In this document: positions 9,317 to 19,444 of the stretch, in pieces
Numbering within the stretch: the first letter of the stretch is position 1
Layout of the letters: every line of letters begins with the position of its first letter
Assembly: GCA_964248365.1 (NCBI GenBank)
Contig: CAXTYC010000019.1
Location: forward strand, 35,037-99,036
DNA: 64,000 bases
Direction: 5' to 3'
From: an uncultured Chroococcidiopsis sp.
Lineage (GTDB): Bacteria > Cyanobacteriota > Cyanobacteriia > Cyanobacteriales > Chroococcidiopsidaceae
Program-made: the position numbers and the translations under genes
The notes under the pieces: model-generated
Databases searched by the model: none
What the model was told of the DNA's origin: nothing
Seen by the model: the letters and a program-made list of their open reading frames with translations, nothing else

Positions 9317-10252
9317 TTATTTTTTATTCCCACCAAATAAACCACCAAACAAACCGCCACTCTTAGGCACAGATGATTGTTGACTTGTAGTAGTCTTAGT
9401 TGAAGTGGTTGACACACCAGCAGATGTTTGAGTTGACTTGTCTAATTGCTGTTTAATTTTTGTGGCGATCGCATCAGTAGGATCTAATTGCAGAGCTTTA
9501 TTAATATGCACCTTAGCCATAGTGGTCTGATTTTGTTTTAAATAAACTACTCCAATTAAACTATGACAGCGACCGTTGTTTGGTTCAAGTTTCAGAGCAT
9601 CTTGTAACTCTACCCTAGCCCCAGCATAATTGTTTTTCTCAATCAAAGCTTGGGCGCGACGAAGATATGGCTGGGCTGCTGACTCTGGTTCTGGTTGGGA
9701 GGGTGGTGGCTGTTGGTTGCCCTTATCTGAAGTTTGGACAGCGGTTGACGGAGGTGATGAAACTTGTAACCCACTAGCCCCCTTATGCATCAAGTAAACC
9801 ACATTCAACTCGCTGATTTGGGCAATTAGTGGTAGCACTTGCTCTAGAGATTGGTATTGTCTTAGAGCCAGAGAGTTAATTGAAGTTCTGTAGGCATGAT
9901 CGATATTCTTGCTTTGTTTTAGCTGCTGTGCCAGTTCACTTTTGAGTTGAATCGAAGCGGATTGCCCACTCAAGCGCTTACTCATCTCCCTTAGCAATAC
10001 CATATATTCGGCACGACTGCGCTCAAGCGAGAATTTTTCGTAAGCTGGGTTAACAAGCTTGGACAACAGCACACTTGCCTGTTGTTTATCAGCAGCACTT
10101 GCAGCCTTACAGGTATCAGGATGTAGACAACGGGCAATTTGCAGATAGCGTTTGCGTATTTCCTTAAAATCTGCATCGAGGGGAACACCTAAAACGGCAT
10201 GGTGATCGATAAAATCAAATAGGAACAATCCACTATCAATGTTAAAAAACAT
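9317..10252 (-). CDS. J-domain protein with C-terminal TPR repeats
   Basis: HAVLGV...IRKRYLQIARCLHPD J motif; TPR-like helices; start reassigned to ATG 10252 (MFFNID). Confidence 0.85.
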   Translation of the reverse strand: MFFNIDSGLFLFDFIDHHAVLGVPLDADFKEIRKRYLQIARCLHPDTCKAASAADKQQASVLLSKLVNPAYEKFSLERSRAEYMVLLREMSKRLSGQSASIQLKSELAQQLKQSKNIDHAYRTSINSLALRQYQSLEQVLPLIAQISELNVVYLMHKGASGLQVSSPPSTAVQTSDKGNQQPPPSQPEPESAAQPYLRRAQALIEKNNYAGARVELQDALKLEPNNGRCHSLIGVVYLKQNQTTMAKVHINKALQLDPTDAIATKIKQQLDKSTQTSAGVSTTSTKTTTSQQSSVPKSGGLFGGLFGGNKK

Positions 10253-10360
10253 AAAACCCTGACCCAGCTGCTTTTGACTTTTGTTGTTTGAGGGAATCAC
10301 TACCAATTGAACTAGTAACCCCAATGGTTATTATTCCCAACAGCTGCTCAGGGATTATAA

Positions 10361-11182
10361 TTACCCCAAGTCCGATAGTGGAACTTGCATTAGCTCATGA
10401 CTGAGGCTGGCATGAATGTGACCATTTGTAGCCAAGATTCTGCCCGAATCAATGCATAAAGGACTGCCATCGTAGGCTGTTACCTTGCCTCCGGCTGCTT
10501 CTAACAGTACTATGCCGGATGTAATATCCCAAGGGGCAATTCCCCGTTCCCAATAGCCATCTACACGCCCACAAGCAACATGAGCTAAATCTAGGGCGGC
10601 GGAACCACTACGCCGCACTCCCTGTGTTAGGTGGGTGAGGTGACAAAATTCGGCATAGTTATTGTCAGATGTTTCGCGGCGATCGTAGGCAAAGCCTGTA
10701 ACTAAAAGACTTTTACCCAACTCGGACGTAGTGGAAACTTGAATTTGTTGGCGGTTACAGGTAGCAGGCGATCCTTTGGCAGCACGAAATAGTTCATTGT
10801 GGAAAGGGTCATAAATCACTCCCACTTGGGGTACAGTGGCAATTTGTAACCCAATCGAAACAGCAAAAAACGGGTACTGGTGAGCATAATTTGTAGTACC
10901 ATCCAATGGATCGATCACCCAGCAAAACTCACTGTCTGTATTACCGAGTTTGCCTGATTCTTCAGATAGGATGGCATGACTGGGAAAGTGTCGCTGTAAA
11001 ACTTCCAAAACTACAGCCTCAGACGCTTTATCAGCAACAGTAACTAAATCTCCAGAACGTCCTTTTTCTTGAATTGCGTCTAACTTACCCCAATAACTTT
11101 GTAAAATCGCACCACTCGCCAGCGCCGCCTCGGTAGCAATATCCAAAAAAATTTGTAGCTGTTGGGATGAAGTGGGTAGCAT
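10361..11182 (-). CDS. suhB: Inositol monophosphatase family protein
   Basis: WVIDPLDGTTNYAH, RRSGSAALDL, PWD. Confidence 0.85.
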   Translation of the reverse strand: MLPTSSQQLQIFLDIATEAALASGAILQSYWGKLDAIQEKGRSGDLVTVADKASEAVVLEVLQRHFPSHAILSEESGKLGNTDSEFCWVIDPLDGTTNYAHQYPFFAVSIGLQIATVPQVGVIYDPFHNELFRAAKGSPATCNRQQIQVSTTSELGKSLLVTGFAYDRRETSDNNYAEFCHLTHLTQGVRRSGSAALDLAHVACGRVDGYWERGIAPWDITSGIVLLEAAGGKVTAYDGSPLCIDSGRILATNGHIHASLSHELMQVPLSDLG

Positions 11183-11203
11183 TTTAATTCATAATTGGTA
11201 GTT

Positions 11204-11382
11204 GGTAGGGGCGTTCTTTAAACCAAGTAGGGGCGCACTTTAAATGAGTTATCTTGCGCCTCACAAGTATGTCTGATAAACCCGCCCGTACTGAAGGTTC
11301 ACAAGTATGTCTGATAAACCCGCGCGTACGGTAGTTGGTGAAAGGGTAAAGGCGGGCATGGTAAAGGCGGGCATGGTAAAGG
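11204..11382. repeat. Cluster of GTAGGGGCG/AAACCCGCCC REP-like units with local duplications
   Basis: Duplicated tcacaagtatgtctgataaacccgc and ggtaaaggcgggcat. Confidence 0.6.
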
Positions 11383-11386
11383 CAAT

Positions 11387-12031
11387 TCATAATTTCTCCC
11401 CCAGCCTCCCCTGCTCTCTTCTAGCCTCTAATTTACGAAACTCAGCTGGAGTTAGACGCATAGGTTTATCCCAATTCCAAATCCCCTGCCCCATAAGTTT
11501 AGCCCATGCTTGGGCATTCTCAAGTCGCTGGTCGTATTTATGATTAGGCGATCGCGCTACCCACAGCACGTATCCCTCTTTCACCAGTTGTTCATTCAAC
11601 AACACACCATTTTGCCATACATAAGCCAGATGTCGCCCAAAAGCATCTTTCTGTTGTCTGTCATACTCTAGCAAAACAGGAGTACCATTAATCATCGCCT
11701 CCAGCCGCTGTTTGGCGGCAAATCCCCAAGGCTGTTGCTGCAAATCAGGTGCATCAATTCCCACTAGCCGCACCTTTAAGGAGGAGTGAGGGAAGCTTGA
11801 AGTCAGCTTCGTCGAGCCAGCTATGTCTTCCACTTCCAAAGTTTGCCCACTTAACACACGGGCAACTCTGACCTGCATTCCTTGAGGTATAGTTTTAGAT
11901 TGACATCCTTGTATCCAAAAGGAAAGCATCAGGATTAGCAAAAGCAGCACGAATAGAGACAAAGATTTTCTAGTTCTTTTCTCTTGCGTCGATCCTCTTG
12001 CCCTTTGCCTCTTGCCTGCCCTATTCTTCAT
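11387..12031 (-). CDS. Thermonuclease (SNase-like), probable lipoprotein
   Basis: VRLVGIDAP, DAFGRHLAYVW, NEQLVKEG, GIW; hydrophobic stretch plus IQGC. Confidence 0.88.
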   Translation of the reverse strand: MKNRAGKRQRARGSTQEKRTRKSLSLFVLLLLILMLSFWIQGCQSKTIPQGMQVRVARVLSGQTLEVEDIAGSTKLTSSFPHSSLKVRLVGIDAPDLQQQPWGFAAKQRLEAMINGTPVLLEYDRQQKDAFGRHLAYVWQNGVLLNEQLVKEGYVLWVARSPNHKYDQRLENAQAWAKLMGQGIWNWDKPMRLTPAEFRKLEARREQGRLGEKL

Positions 12032-12389
12032 CTAAAGGCAAACCCACGCTAACTTTACCCTTACCAAAGTAGCGACCAAACTGAAGTTCATAGACTTCAT
12101 CTTCGTCTTGGGTTTCTACCTTCAGATTGGAACGGGGATAACTCACACATAATAGAGCATAGCCTTGCCGACGTAACTCTAACGACAATCCCATTGCTTC
12201 TGGCTGATAGATTTCTCCGCTCAGTACCCGTACAGCACAGGTAGTACAAGCACCATTCCTACAAGAAAAGGGTAGTTCTACGCCTTGGTTTTCTGCACTA
12301 GTAAGAATGTAACGGTCTGAAGGTACTTGTATAGTATGGGTTTTACCCCTTTTGCGATCCCAAATCTCGATAGTGTAATCACAAGTCAT
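12021..12389 (-). CDS. [2Fe-2S] ferredoxin with C-terminal extension (Fed2/FdC2-like)
   Basis: LPFSCRNGACTTC...LLCVSYP; C-terminal DEDEVYELQFGRYFG. Confidence 0.88.
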   Translation of the reverse strand: MTCDYTIEIWDRKRGKTHTIQVPSDRYILTSAENQGVELPFSCRNGACTTCAVRVLSGEIYQPEAMGLSLELRRQGYALLCVSYPRSNLKVETQDEDEVYELQFGRYFGKGKVSVGLPLDEE

Positions 12390-12467
12390 GAGTTTTTTAA
12401 GGTTTTAAATTAAATTTCAAATTCCCATCTGAATGATTCTATTGTATAATCGTAGATCGTGACACCT

Positions 12468-12552
12468 GGAGAGGTGGCCGAGTGGTTGAAGGCGCAGCAC
12501 TGGAAATGCTGTTTAGGGAAACCTAACGTGGGTTCGAATCCCACCCTCTCCG
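12468..12552 (+). tRNA. trnS: tRNA-Ser(GGA)
   Basis: GGAGAGG/CCTCTCC acceptor stem, anticodon loop CTGGAAA, long variable arm, GGTTCGAATCC, discriminator G. Confidence 0.97.
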
Positions 12553-12895
12553 TTGAATCAGTTATCAGTTATCAGGCGCGCAGTTATCAGTTATTTTCTA
12601 GTTTTTGCGTTGGAAGTGAGAGTTATCCACTTGTCCTATAAATTGGTTGATTTCAATTAGGTTTAAATATCCATCTGACACTTTTGGTAACTGGTAACTG
12701 ATATCTGTTAACTGACAAAAGGCATCTAAATAATTTATCGTAGGTAATTCATCAGTATTTTTACGTGAAATCTTCATTCTTTTAGGAAATTTAATGAAGA
12801 TTGTATAAACACCTATAGGAATGGTTAGACAACTACCTAGCTGTTCTTGTATGTTTTTATACATACAGTCAACATTATTAGAATCAATAACTACT

Positions 12896-13900
12896 ATGGA
12901 TGTTCAAGAAATTAAAAGTGCAGTTAGAATTCATGAATATATTGGACAATTAGAAAGATTAACTAAATTATCACTTAAAGACTCTCCAATAATCTTAGGT
13001 TCTCCCACTAGAAAAATTGTATATGATATACCTATTTCAAGCAAACCTTGCTCGGAGTATGTAGAACAGCTATATGAAGATATTAGTGAGCATGATTTAT
13101 TGCTTCAAGCATTAAGAACAGGCTGGCATTATATAAATTCAAACCAAAATATCATTCCAACTACTAAAGAAAAATATTTTCAGCAATTGAATTCATCTCA
13201 GGCTTTTACAAAAGCCAAACAATTGGGCTACCAACTGCCAGCAAATTGTTTAAAAGCAAAACAATTCTGTTATGGACAGTATGAAGCTTATTCTGCTATT
13301 CATGAACTCTTGCAGGGCAGAGCTCTGGGAGTTTGGTCGTCCAACTGTAAGAGCAATTTTATGCATAGCTATGCCGAATTTTACAAAACAGTTAAACTAA
13401 TAACTTCTCAATTTATAGTTCCTAGCTCAGGTTATCAATTTTCCATTCCTTATATTTTTGACCAGTTATGGGTAATTTCTCATGGAATAAATCAAGTGAG
13501 ATTGCTAGGATTAGAGGTAGCAGGTGAACAGCATTTCCTTAACGGAGGACAAAGTAAAACTTTAGGTAATGAAAGATATTTAGAAGAATTAGGTTATGAA
13601 ACGTATCATGTAGCAAGTTGGTGGTGCAGGGTAGATCCTTATCGTGTCATCAGCGAATTTTTAACTGAATCGGGTATTTTTCCCCAAGCAAGCGATTATT
13701 TAATCGGGGCAGAACTAGATAGTATTGATAAATATGTGTGTGGAATTTGTCATGCACCTATGGTAAGATTGGGTTGGGATTGGATACAAAAATGTCAGAT
13801 GGGCGGTGAGACAATATTCGCTCATAAACACTGTGTCAGTCGTAAAATGACTGAGGCAAATCAGATTAGAGGAATAGCCTTGCGATCGCAAAGATGCTAG
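12896..13900 (+). CDS. Hypothetical protein, possible DUF559/Vsr-like nuclease domain plus C-terminal CxxC/HxxC Zn site
   Basis: Long AT-rich ORF; FDQLW...LEVAGEQH...LEELGYETYHV; CGIC...HKHC; start chosen at ATG 12896. Confidence 0.6.
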   Translation: MDVQEIKSAVRIHEYIGQLERLTKLSLKDSPIILGSPTRKIVYDIPISSKPCSEYVEQLYEDISEHDLLLQALRTGWHYINSNQNIIPTTKEKYFQQLNSSQAFTKAKQLGYQLPANCLKAKQFCYGQYEAYSAIHELLQGRALGVWSSNCKSNFMHSYAEFYKTVKLITSQFIVPSSGYQFSIPYIFDQLWVISHGINQVRLLGLEVAGEQHFLNGGQSKTLGNERYLEELGYETYHVASWWCRVDPYRVISEFLTESGIFPQASDYLIGAELDSIDKYVCGICHAPMVRLGWDWIQKCQMGGETIFAHKHCVSRKMTEANQIRGIALRSQRC

Positions 13901-15188
13901 CACTTAGCACAGCACTGATGGGAACTGTAATTAGCCATGCCCCTGCGATTCCTTGCAAAGTTTTAAATTGAATTGATTTTATATTTTGAACTAAACCAAT
14001 TCCAACTACACCACCTACAAGGGCGTGGGATGTGGAGACAGGTAAACCGAGTCTGGAAGCAAGCAAAATTGTAGTAGCAGTTGCTAATTCAGCGCAGAAA
14101 CCGCCACTTGGTTGCAGGGGAATAATCCCAGATCCAATTGTAGCAATAACTTTTTTGCCCCACATGGCTAAACCTGTGACGATGCCAGCGCCCCCAAGTA
14201 CTAAAATCCACAAAGGAATGGTAATGCCATTTAAGGGAACGTCGCCTGTGCGACTAATGTACACAATCGCCGCTAAGGGAGCGATCGCATTTCCCACATC
14301 ATTAGAACCATGAGCAAAAGCGACAAAGCAAGCACTCAGTAGTTGGTATCGTGCCATGATTTGCTCTACGAGTGAATGAGGGGCTAGGGGCTGGGGGCTA
14401 GGGGCTAGAGGATTTTGGATTTTGGATTTTGGATTTTGGATTATATCTCCTCTGCCCCCCTGCCCCTTTGCCCCTCTGCCTTCCAACTGTCTCCAGCTAG
14501 TAAGAGTGAGCGCAACGGCGGCGATCGCCCCTAAGATTAACGGTACATCGTGGGCTGGAAGATGAAAGCCCCAACGTTCTGCTAATAAAGCATATATTGG
14601 CTGACTTACAAAAGGCAGCACAATTACACCAAACACACTTATCAGTGCTGTACTTAACCAAGGAATCCACTGGGCAAGTTGCCCCAGTGGATTTTGCTCT
14701 TCTAAAATCCAACGCTTTACCAAACTGTATAATAAAGCCGAAATTATACCACTTACTACTGGTGTAATGATCCAGGCAAAAGTTATTTTACTAATCGATG
14801 ACCAGTCAATTGCCTCGAAACCAATAGCCTCCGCACCAATACCAGCGATCGCACCTACAACAGCATGAGATGAGGATACTGGCAACCCCCTAAATGTAGC
14901 AATTTGTAACCACACTCCCCCAGCCAACAGCACACAAACCATACCAACTAACAATAGCTGGGGGGTGGTTGCGAATAAAGCCGGATTCACAATTTCTGTT
15001 GCCAGCGTTTGGGAAACCTCTTGCCCAAACAGCACAGCGCCTGTAAATTCTAATATTCCTGCAATAATCAGCGCTTGCCGCAGGGTGAGTGCCTTAGAAC
15101 CTACTGACGTTCCCATTGCATTAGCAACGTCGTTTGCCCCTAAATTCCAGGCTACATAGAACGATAAAAGGGCTACTAGAAATATCAT
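13866..15188 (-). CDS. PiT-family inorganic phosphate transporter
   Basis: GANDVANAMGT, PVSSSHA, HGSNDVGNA, PVSTSHA. Confidence 0.93.
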   Translation of the reverse strand: MIFLVALLSFYVAWNLGANDVANAMGTSVGSKALTLRQALIIAGILEFTGAVLFGQEVSQTLATEIVNPALFATTPQLLLVGMVCVLLAGGVWLQIATFRGLPVSSSHAVVGAIAGIGAEAIGFEAIDWSSISKITFAWIITPVVSGIISALLYSLVKRWILEEQNPLGQLAQWIPWLSTALISVFGVIVLPFVSQPIYALLAERWGFHLPAHDVPLILGAIAAVALTLTSWRQLEGRGAKGQGGRGDIIQNPKSKIQNPLAPSPQPLAPHSLVEQIMARYQLLSACFVAFAHGSNDVGNAIAPLAAIVYISRTGDVPLNGITIPLWILVLGGAGIVTGLAMWGKKVIATIGSGIIPLQPSGGFCAELATATTILLASRLGLPVSTSHALVGGVVGIGLVQNIKSIQFKTLQGIAGAWLITVPISAVLSASIFAIARLFL

Positions 15189-15697
15189 TCAGGGAGTAGG
15201 GAGTAGGGGGGACAAGGGGACAAGGGGACAAGGGTACAAGGGGAGAATTGTTAATTACGAATTACGAATTACGAATTATCATGACTTGTTCTAATCTATC
15301 TACTGGCTGCTATAAATTTTAAGTTTTATCAAATTTATCAGAAATTCTTATGCTTACCATTGAATATCTTAATTTAAGATTTATAAACAATCTTAGGAGT
15401 TTTTGTCCTCACGACTGTACGTAAAGCCACTTAAATTTTAAGTTTTATAAAAAATTTCGGGAATTTCTGTACTGACGATTGAAGAAATCTTTATTAAGCG
15501 CAAGTAAATCGAGGTAAAGCTTTGATGAAGACATTTGTAATATCTTGACAACGACTAGGGTAATTGATTATTCGGTAAATTCTATGAGGGTTCTATACTC
15601 ACTAATAAGTTGGAAAACAACTTGCTTTTTTAAAAAAACCTCCCGATTCGGAGAGAAAAAGGTCTTGGGAAACATTGGGTTTTTCCCATTATCTGTA

Positions 15698-15711
15698 GTA
15701 AATCTGATTAC
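15698..15711 (+). promoter_or_regulatory. Possible NtcA site (GTA-N8-TAC) upstream of the HetC-like exporter
   Basis: GTAAATCTGATTAC within the TTATCTGTA/TACAGATAA inverted repeat; no canonical TAN3T box at 22 nt. Confidence 0.3.
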
Positions 15712-15806
15712 AGATAAATAATTGGCTTGGCTTAAAGCTAGAATAGCCTTTTGTTAAAGAAAATTAAATCTGAAAATTTAGTAAAGTAATTTTGAGAGGC
15801 TGAGCA

Positions 15807-18800
15807 ATGAATCAAAGCTTGGACAGTTATAGTCTGCATCCATCAGGAACATTGCCCAACGCATCCCCAAGTAGTGAGGCTATCCTCAGCTTTTTAAGGA
15901 GCATTCAAGCAGACAATAGCGGGGCTTTAGCCTTTAGTCAGGCATTTGAGATTCTAGATTTTCAAATCGGTGATGAGCTTGCTGATTATACTAGTACCGC
16001 TATAGCACAAAATTCCGTTCAATCTGAACAAAGTACAAGATACTACTACATAATTTGCACAGGTAGGGTACGGCTGCTGGGATTCGATTTGCAACAGCAG
16101 CGGCAAGTTTCGGCGATCGTGCTGGAGGCTGGGGAGACATTTGGCGCAGAACATTTATTTAGCAATCAGCCAGGATTAACCCTAGCGATCGCAGCTAGTA
16201 CAGGGCAAGTTGCCCGTATCCCCATTGGTGAGTTAAAGCGATGGTTGGAGAGAGTGCCGAATCTAGGAGAATATTTACTTCAACAAGCCAGAGAGCGGCA
16301 ATGCCTGGTATTCTTTAAAACTGCTACCCTTTTGCGATCGCTTTCAAGCCATGAACTGCGGCAACTGTTACCTTACTTAAACGAAAAACGCATCGAGCGA
16401 GGCGAGTCAATAATTGCCGCAACTGAGCCTGGTAGTGGTTGCTTTTGGCTAGCAAGTGGGCAGATTCAGAGTCAGTCGAGCGCATTATTACCACCAACTA
16501 TAGGACAGAGTTGGGGAGAGCCAGCACCCATCGGGACAGATTGGGTTGCCGAAACAGACTTATTGGCTTACCAACTAAAGAGAGAAAATTGGCTAGATGC
16601 TAAAGCGATCGCGCCAATGTTGCCAGATTTATCTGCCCACGAAGGCAATGGAGTTCTAGATAGCAATGGCAACGGACACAAAAGGAGGTCCGCTACTTCA
16701 GCCAGAAATTATTCTCCACCAGTCCAATTAAGAGTCAATCAAAAGCAACAACCCCAACCTGAACAAAAGGTTCCTTTCTCCCAGTCTGAACCTGCAAAAA
16801 TTGATTTTCCTAAACCAGTCATCCAAATCATCAGTAAAGGGATTTGGCAAGCTCTACCCTACATTGAGCAGCAAAGTTCATCTGATTGTGGTGCTGCGTG
16901 TTTAGCCATGATCAGCAAATACTGGGGAAAAAACTTTACCATCAACACTTTACGCTCTTTGGCTGATGTAGACAGATCTGGTGCTTCCCTCAAAGGAATA
17001 GCCCAAGCGGCCGAAACCTTGGGATTTCACGCCCGTCCAGTCCGAGCAAGCTTGAGTCGCTTGGAGTCACTGAGCAATCCTTGGGTTGCTCACTGGGAAG
17101 GAAATCACTACATCGTTGTCTACCGAGTAGGGGGCGATCGCGTTTTGGTTGCTGATCCAGCTATTAGCAAGCGGTGGCTGTCGCGCCAACAGTTCATCGA
17201 TGGCTGGACTGGTTATGCCCTACTCCTCGACCCTACCTCGCGTTTGCAAGCCACCCCAAACGAGAAAGTTTCCCTGGGTCAATTCTGGAATGCGGTTTTG
17301 CCCTATCGCTCCCTGATCTGGCAAATCGTCGGTATGTCCCTCCTGCTTCAGGTTTTTGGCGTTCTTACCCCCTTGTTCACCCAGATCATTCTCGATCAGG
17401 TAGTGGTGCAAAAAAGCTATGTCACCCTGAATGTATTTGCGATCGGGCTACTATTATTTAGTGTCTGGCGCATTGGCTTGACAGCAACGCGCCAGTATAT
17501 GCTTGACTACTTTTCCAATCGCTTTGACCTGACGCTGATCAGTGGCTTTATCAACCATACCTTGCTGCTGCCGCTGAAGTTTTTTGAATCCCGTCGCGTG
17601 GGGGATATTATTACCCGCGTGCAGGAAAACCAAAAGGTACAAGTATTTATCACTCGTCAGGCAATATTGTCTTGGTTAGATGCTTTTACGGCAGTTGTTT
17701 ACATAGGACTAATGTTCTACTACAACTGGCGGCTTGCTTTTCTGGTAATAGGCTTAATTCCCCCAATTGTCATCTTGACTTTGGTAGCTACTCCTTGGTT
17801 GCGACGAGTATCAAGGGAAATTTTTAATGCATCGGCGGCGGAAAACTCCTTGCTGGTAGAAATGCTAACTGGCGTAGCTACCGTTAAAGCAGTGGCGGCT
17901 GAACGAGAAATTCGCTGGCGTTGGGAAGACCGCTTTACCAGCGCTCTAAACGCGCAATTCCGAGGTCAGAAGCTGGCAAATGGCTTACAAGCAATTGGTG
18001 GATTAATTAATACCTTGGGTAGTACAGCCTTGCTATGGTATGGCGCGACGCTGGTGATTCAAAACCAGCTAAGTATTGGGCAGTTTGTAGCTTTCAACAT
18101 GATGATTGGTAATGTCATCAACCCAGTTTTGTCTGTCGTGGGTCTTTGGGATGAGTTGCAAGAAGTGCTGATCTCGGTTGAAAGGCTCAATGATGTCTTT
18201 AGCGCGCAAACCGAAGAAACCCCTGGACAACCAATGCTAGTTTTGCCTCGCCTAGGGGGAGAGGTGCGATTTGAGAATGTTACGTTTAAATACGATCCAG
18301 ACTCTGAACGTAACACGCTGCAAAACATTTCTTTTGATGCAACAATCGGGCAAACCGTTGCTATTGTTGGGCGCAGCGGTTCTGGTAAGAGTACCTTGGT
18401 AAGTTTATTACAAGGACTTTATCACCCTACCAGTGGTCGAATTTTGATCGATGGGCATGATATTCGGCATATTTCTCCCTCTTCGCTACGTAGTCAATTA
18501 GGGGTAGTGCCACAAGAGTGTTTCTTGTTCTCCGGTACTATCCAAGAAAACATTACCTTGTATCGATCTAATTACACCCTAGAAGAAGTGACAGAGGTTG
18601 CCAAATTGGCAGAAGCTAATGCTTTTATTCAAGATATGCCTTTGGGATATAACACACCAGTGGGGGAACGGGGAACATCGCTGTCTGGGGGACAACGGCA
18701 AAGAATTGCGATCGCCCGTGCTTTGTTGGGCGATCCGCGCATTCTCGTGTTGGACGAAGCAACTAGTTCCCTTGATACCGAATCCGAACGCCGCTTTCAG

Positions 18801-18989
18801 CAAAATCTCAATCGGATCAGCCGCGATCGCACTACTTTCATCATTGCTCATCGCCTATCAACGGTACGTCATGCTGACTGCATTCTAGTCTTAGATCGAG
18901 GTATTTTGGCTGAATCCGGCACTCATGAGCAACTGATGGCTCTCGAAGGTATTTACTACCACCTAGCCCAACAGCAGCTCGATCTCTAA
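15807..18989 (+). CDS. Peptidase-containing ABC transporter (cNMP-like + C39 + TMD + ATPase), HetC-like
   Basis: QQSSSDCGAACLAM (Cys), HYIVV (His), VADP (Asp); GRSGSGKS, LSGGQRQR, LDEATS; N-terminal cNMP-like LEAGETFG. Confidence 0.93.
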   Translation: MNQSLDSYSLHPSGTLPNASPSSEAILSFLRSIQADNSGALAFSQAFEILDFQIGDELADYTSTAIAQNSVQSEQSTRYYYIICTGRVRLLGFDLQQQRQVSAIVLEAGETFGAEHLFSNQPGLTLAIAASTGQVARIPIGELKRWLERVPNLGEYLLQQARERQCLVFFKTATLLRSLSSHELRQLLPYLNEKRIERGESIIAATEPGSGCFWLASGQIQSQSSALLPPTIGQSWGEPAPIGTDWVAETDLLAYQLKRENWLDAKAIAPMLPDLSAHEGNGVLDSNGNGHKRRSATSARNYSPPVQLRVNQKQQPQPEQKVPFSQSEPAKIDFPKPVIQIISKGIWQALPYIEQQSSSDCGAACLAMISKYWGKNFTINTLRSLADVDRSGASLKGIAQAAETLGFHARPVRASLSRLESLSNPWVAHWEGNHYIVVYRVGGDRVLVADPAISKRWLSRQQFIDGWTGYALLLDPTSRLQATPNEKVSLGQFWNAVLPYRSLIWQIVGMSLLLQVFGVLTPLFTQIILDQVVVQKSYVTLNVFAIGLLLFSVWRIGLTATRQYMLDYFSNRFDLTLISGFINHTLLLPLKFFESRRVGDIITRVQENQKVQVFITRQAILSWLDAFTAVVYIGLMFYYNWRLAFLVIGLIPPIVILTLVATPWLRRVSREIFNASAAENSLLVEMLTGVATVKAVAAEREIRWRWEDRFTSALNAQFRGQKLANGLQAIGGLINTLGSTALLWYGATLVIQNQLSIGQFVAFNMMIGNVINPVLSVVGLWDELQEVLISVERLNDVFSAQTEETPGQPMLVLPRLGGEVRFENVTFKYDPDSERNTLQNISFDATIGQTVAIVGRSGSGKSTLVSLLQGLYHPTSGRILIDGHDIRHISPSSLRSQLGVVPQECFLFSGTIQENITLYRSNYTLEEVTEVAKLAEANAFIQDMPLGYNTPVGERGTSLSGGQRQRIAIARALLGDPRILVLDEATSSLDTESERRFQQNLNRISRDRTTFIIAHRLSTVRHADCILVLDRGILAESGTHEQLMALEGIYYHLAQQQLDL

Positions 18990-19444
18990 CTTACCCTCCC
19001 AGCTTGCCAGATCCTCTGGCAAGCTATCCATCAACTACAAACTGTAATTCGATAACAGAAACTCGCCCAAAAAAAAATTGCCCATATAGCAATTTAAACC
19101 TAATGTCAACTCTGGTAGAACCACTGAAACTTAGACAAGTTATAGTGAAAATGCAACTTATTAAACTTATGGAAATTAACGTAATTGAGTTGTGAATTTA
19201 TGTGTAAGTTTATACAACCTAACCGCTGATTATTGATTTGTCTGAATTGGGCAAATGTGGTAGGGTGAATTGAATATAGATGAAAAGCTAATTCATAGAA
19301 ATTACTGAAAGAATTTGTGCAAACAATAATAATGTTTATAACTTACCTATATAGAATAGAAATACTTAATCTAAGTAACAATTTATGCTAGTTTATCGAA
19401 GAGTTGGATTGCTAGATCAAATGTATTAAATTGGGGTCACTGTT

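Noticed and set aside
12468..13900. tRNA-integrated prophage or ICE
   Set aside because: No integrase and no duplicated tRNA 3' end were found by eye.
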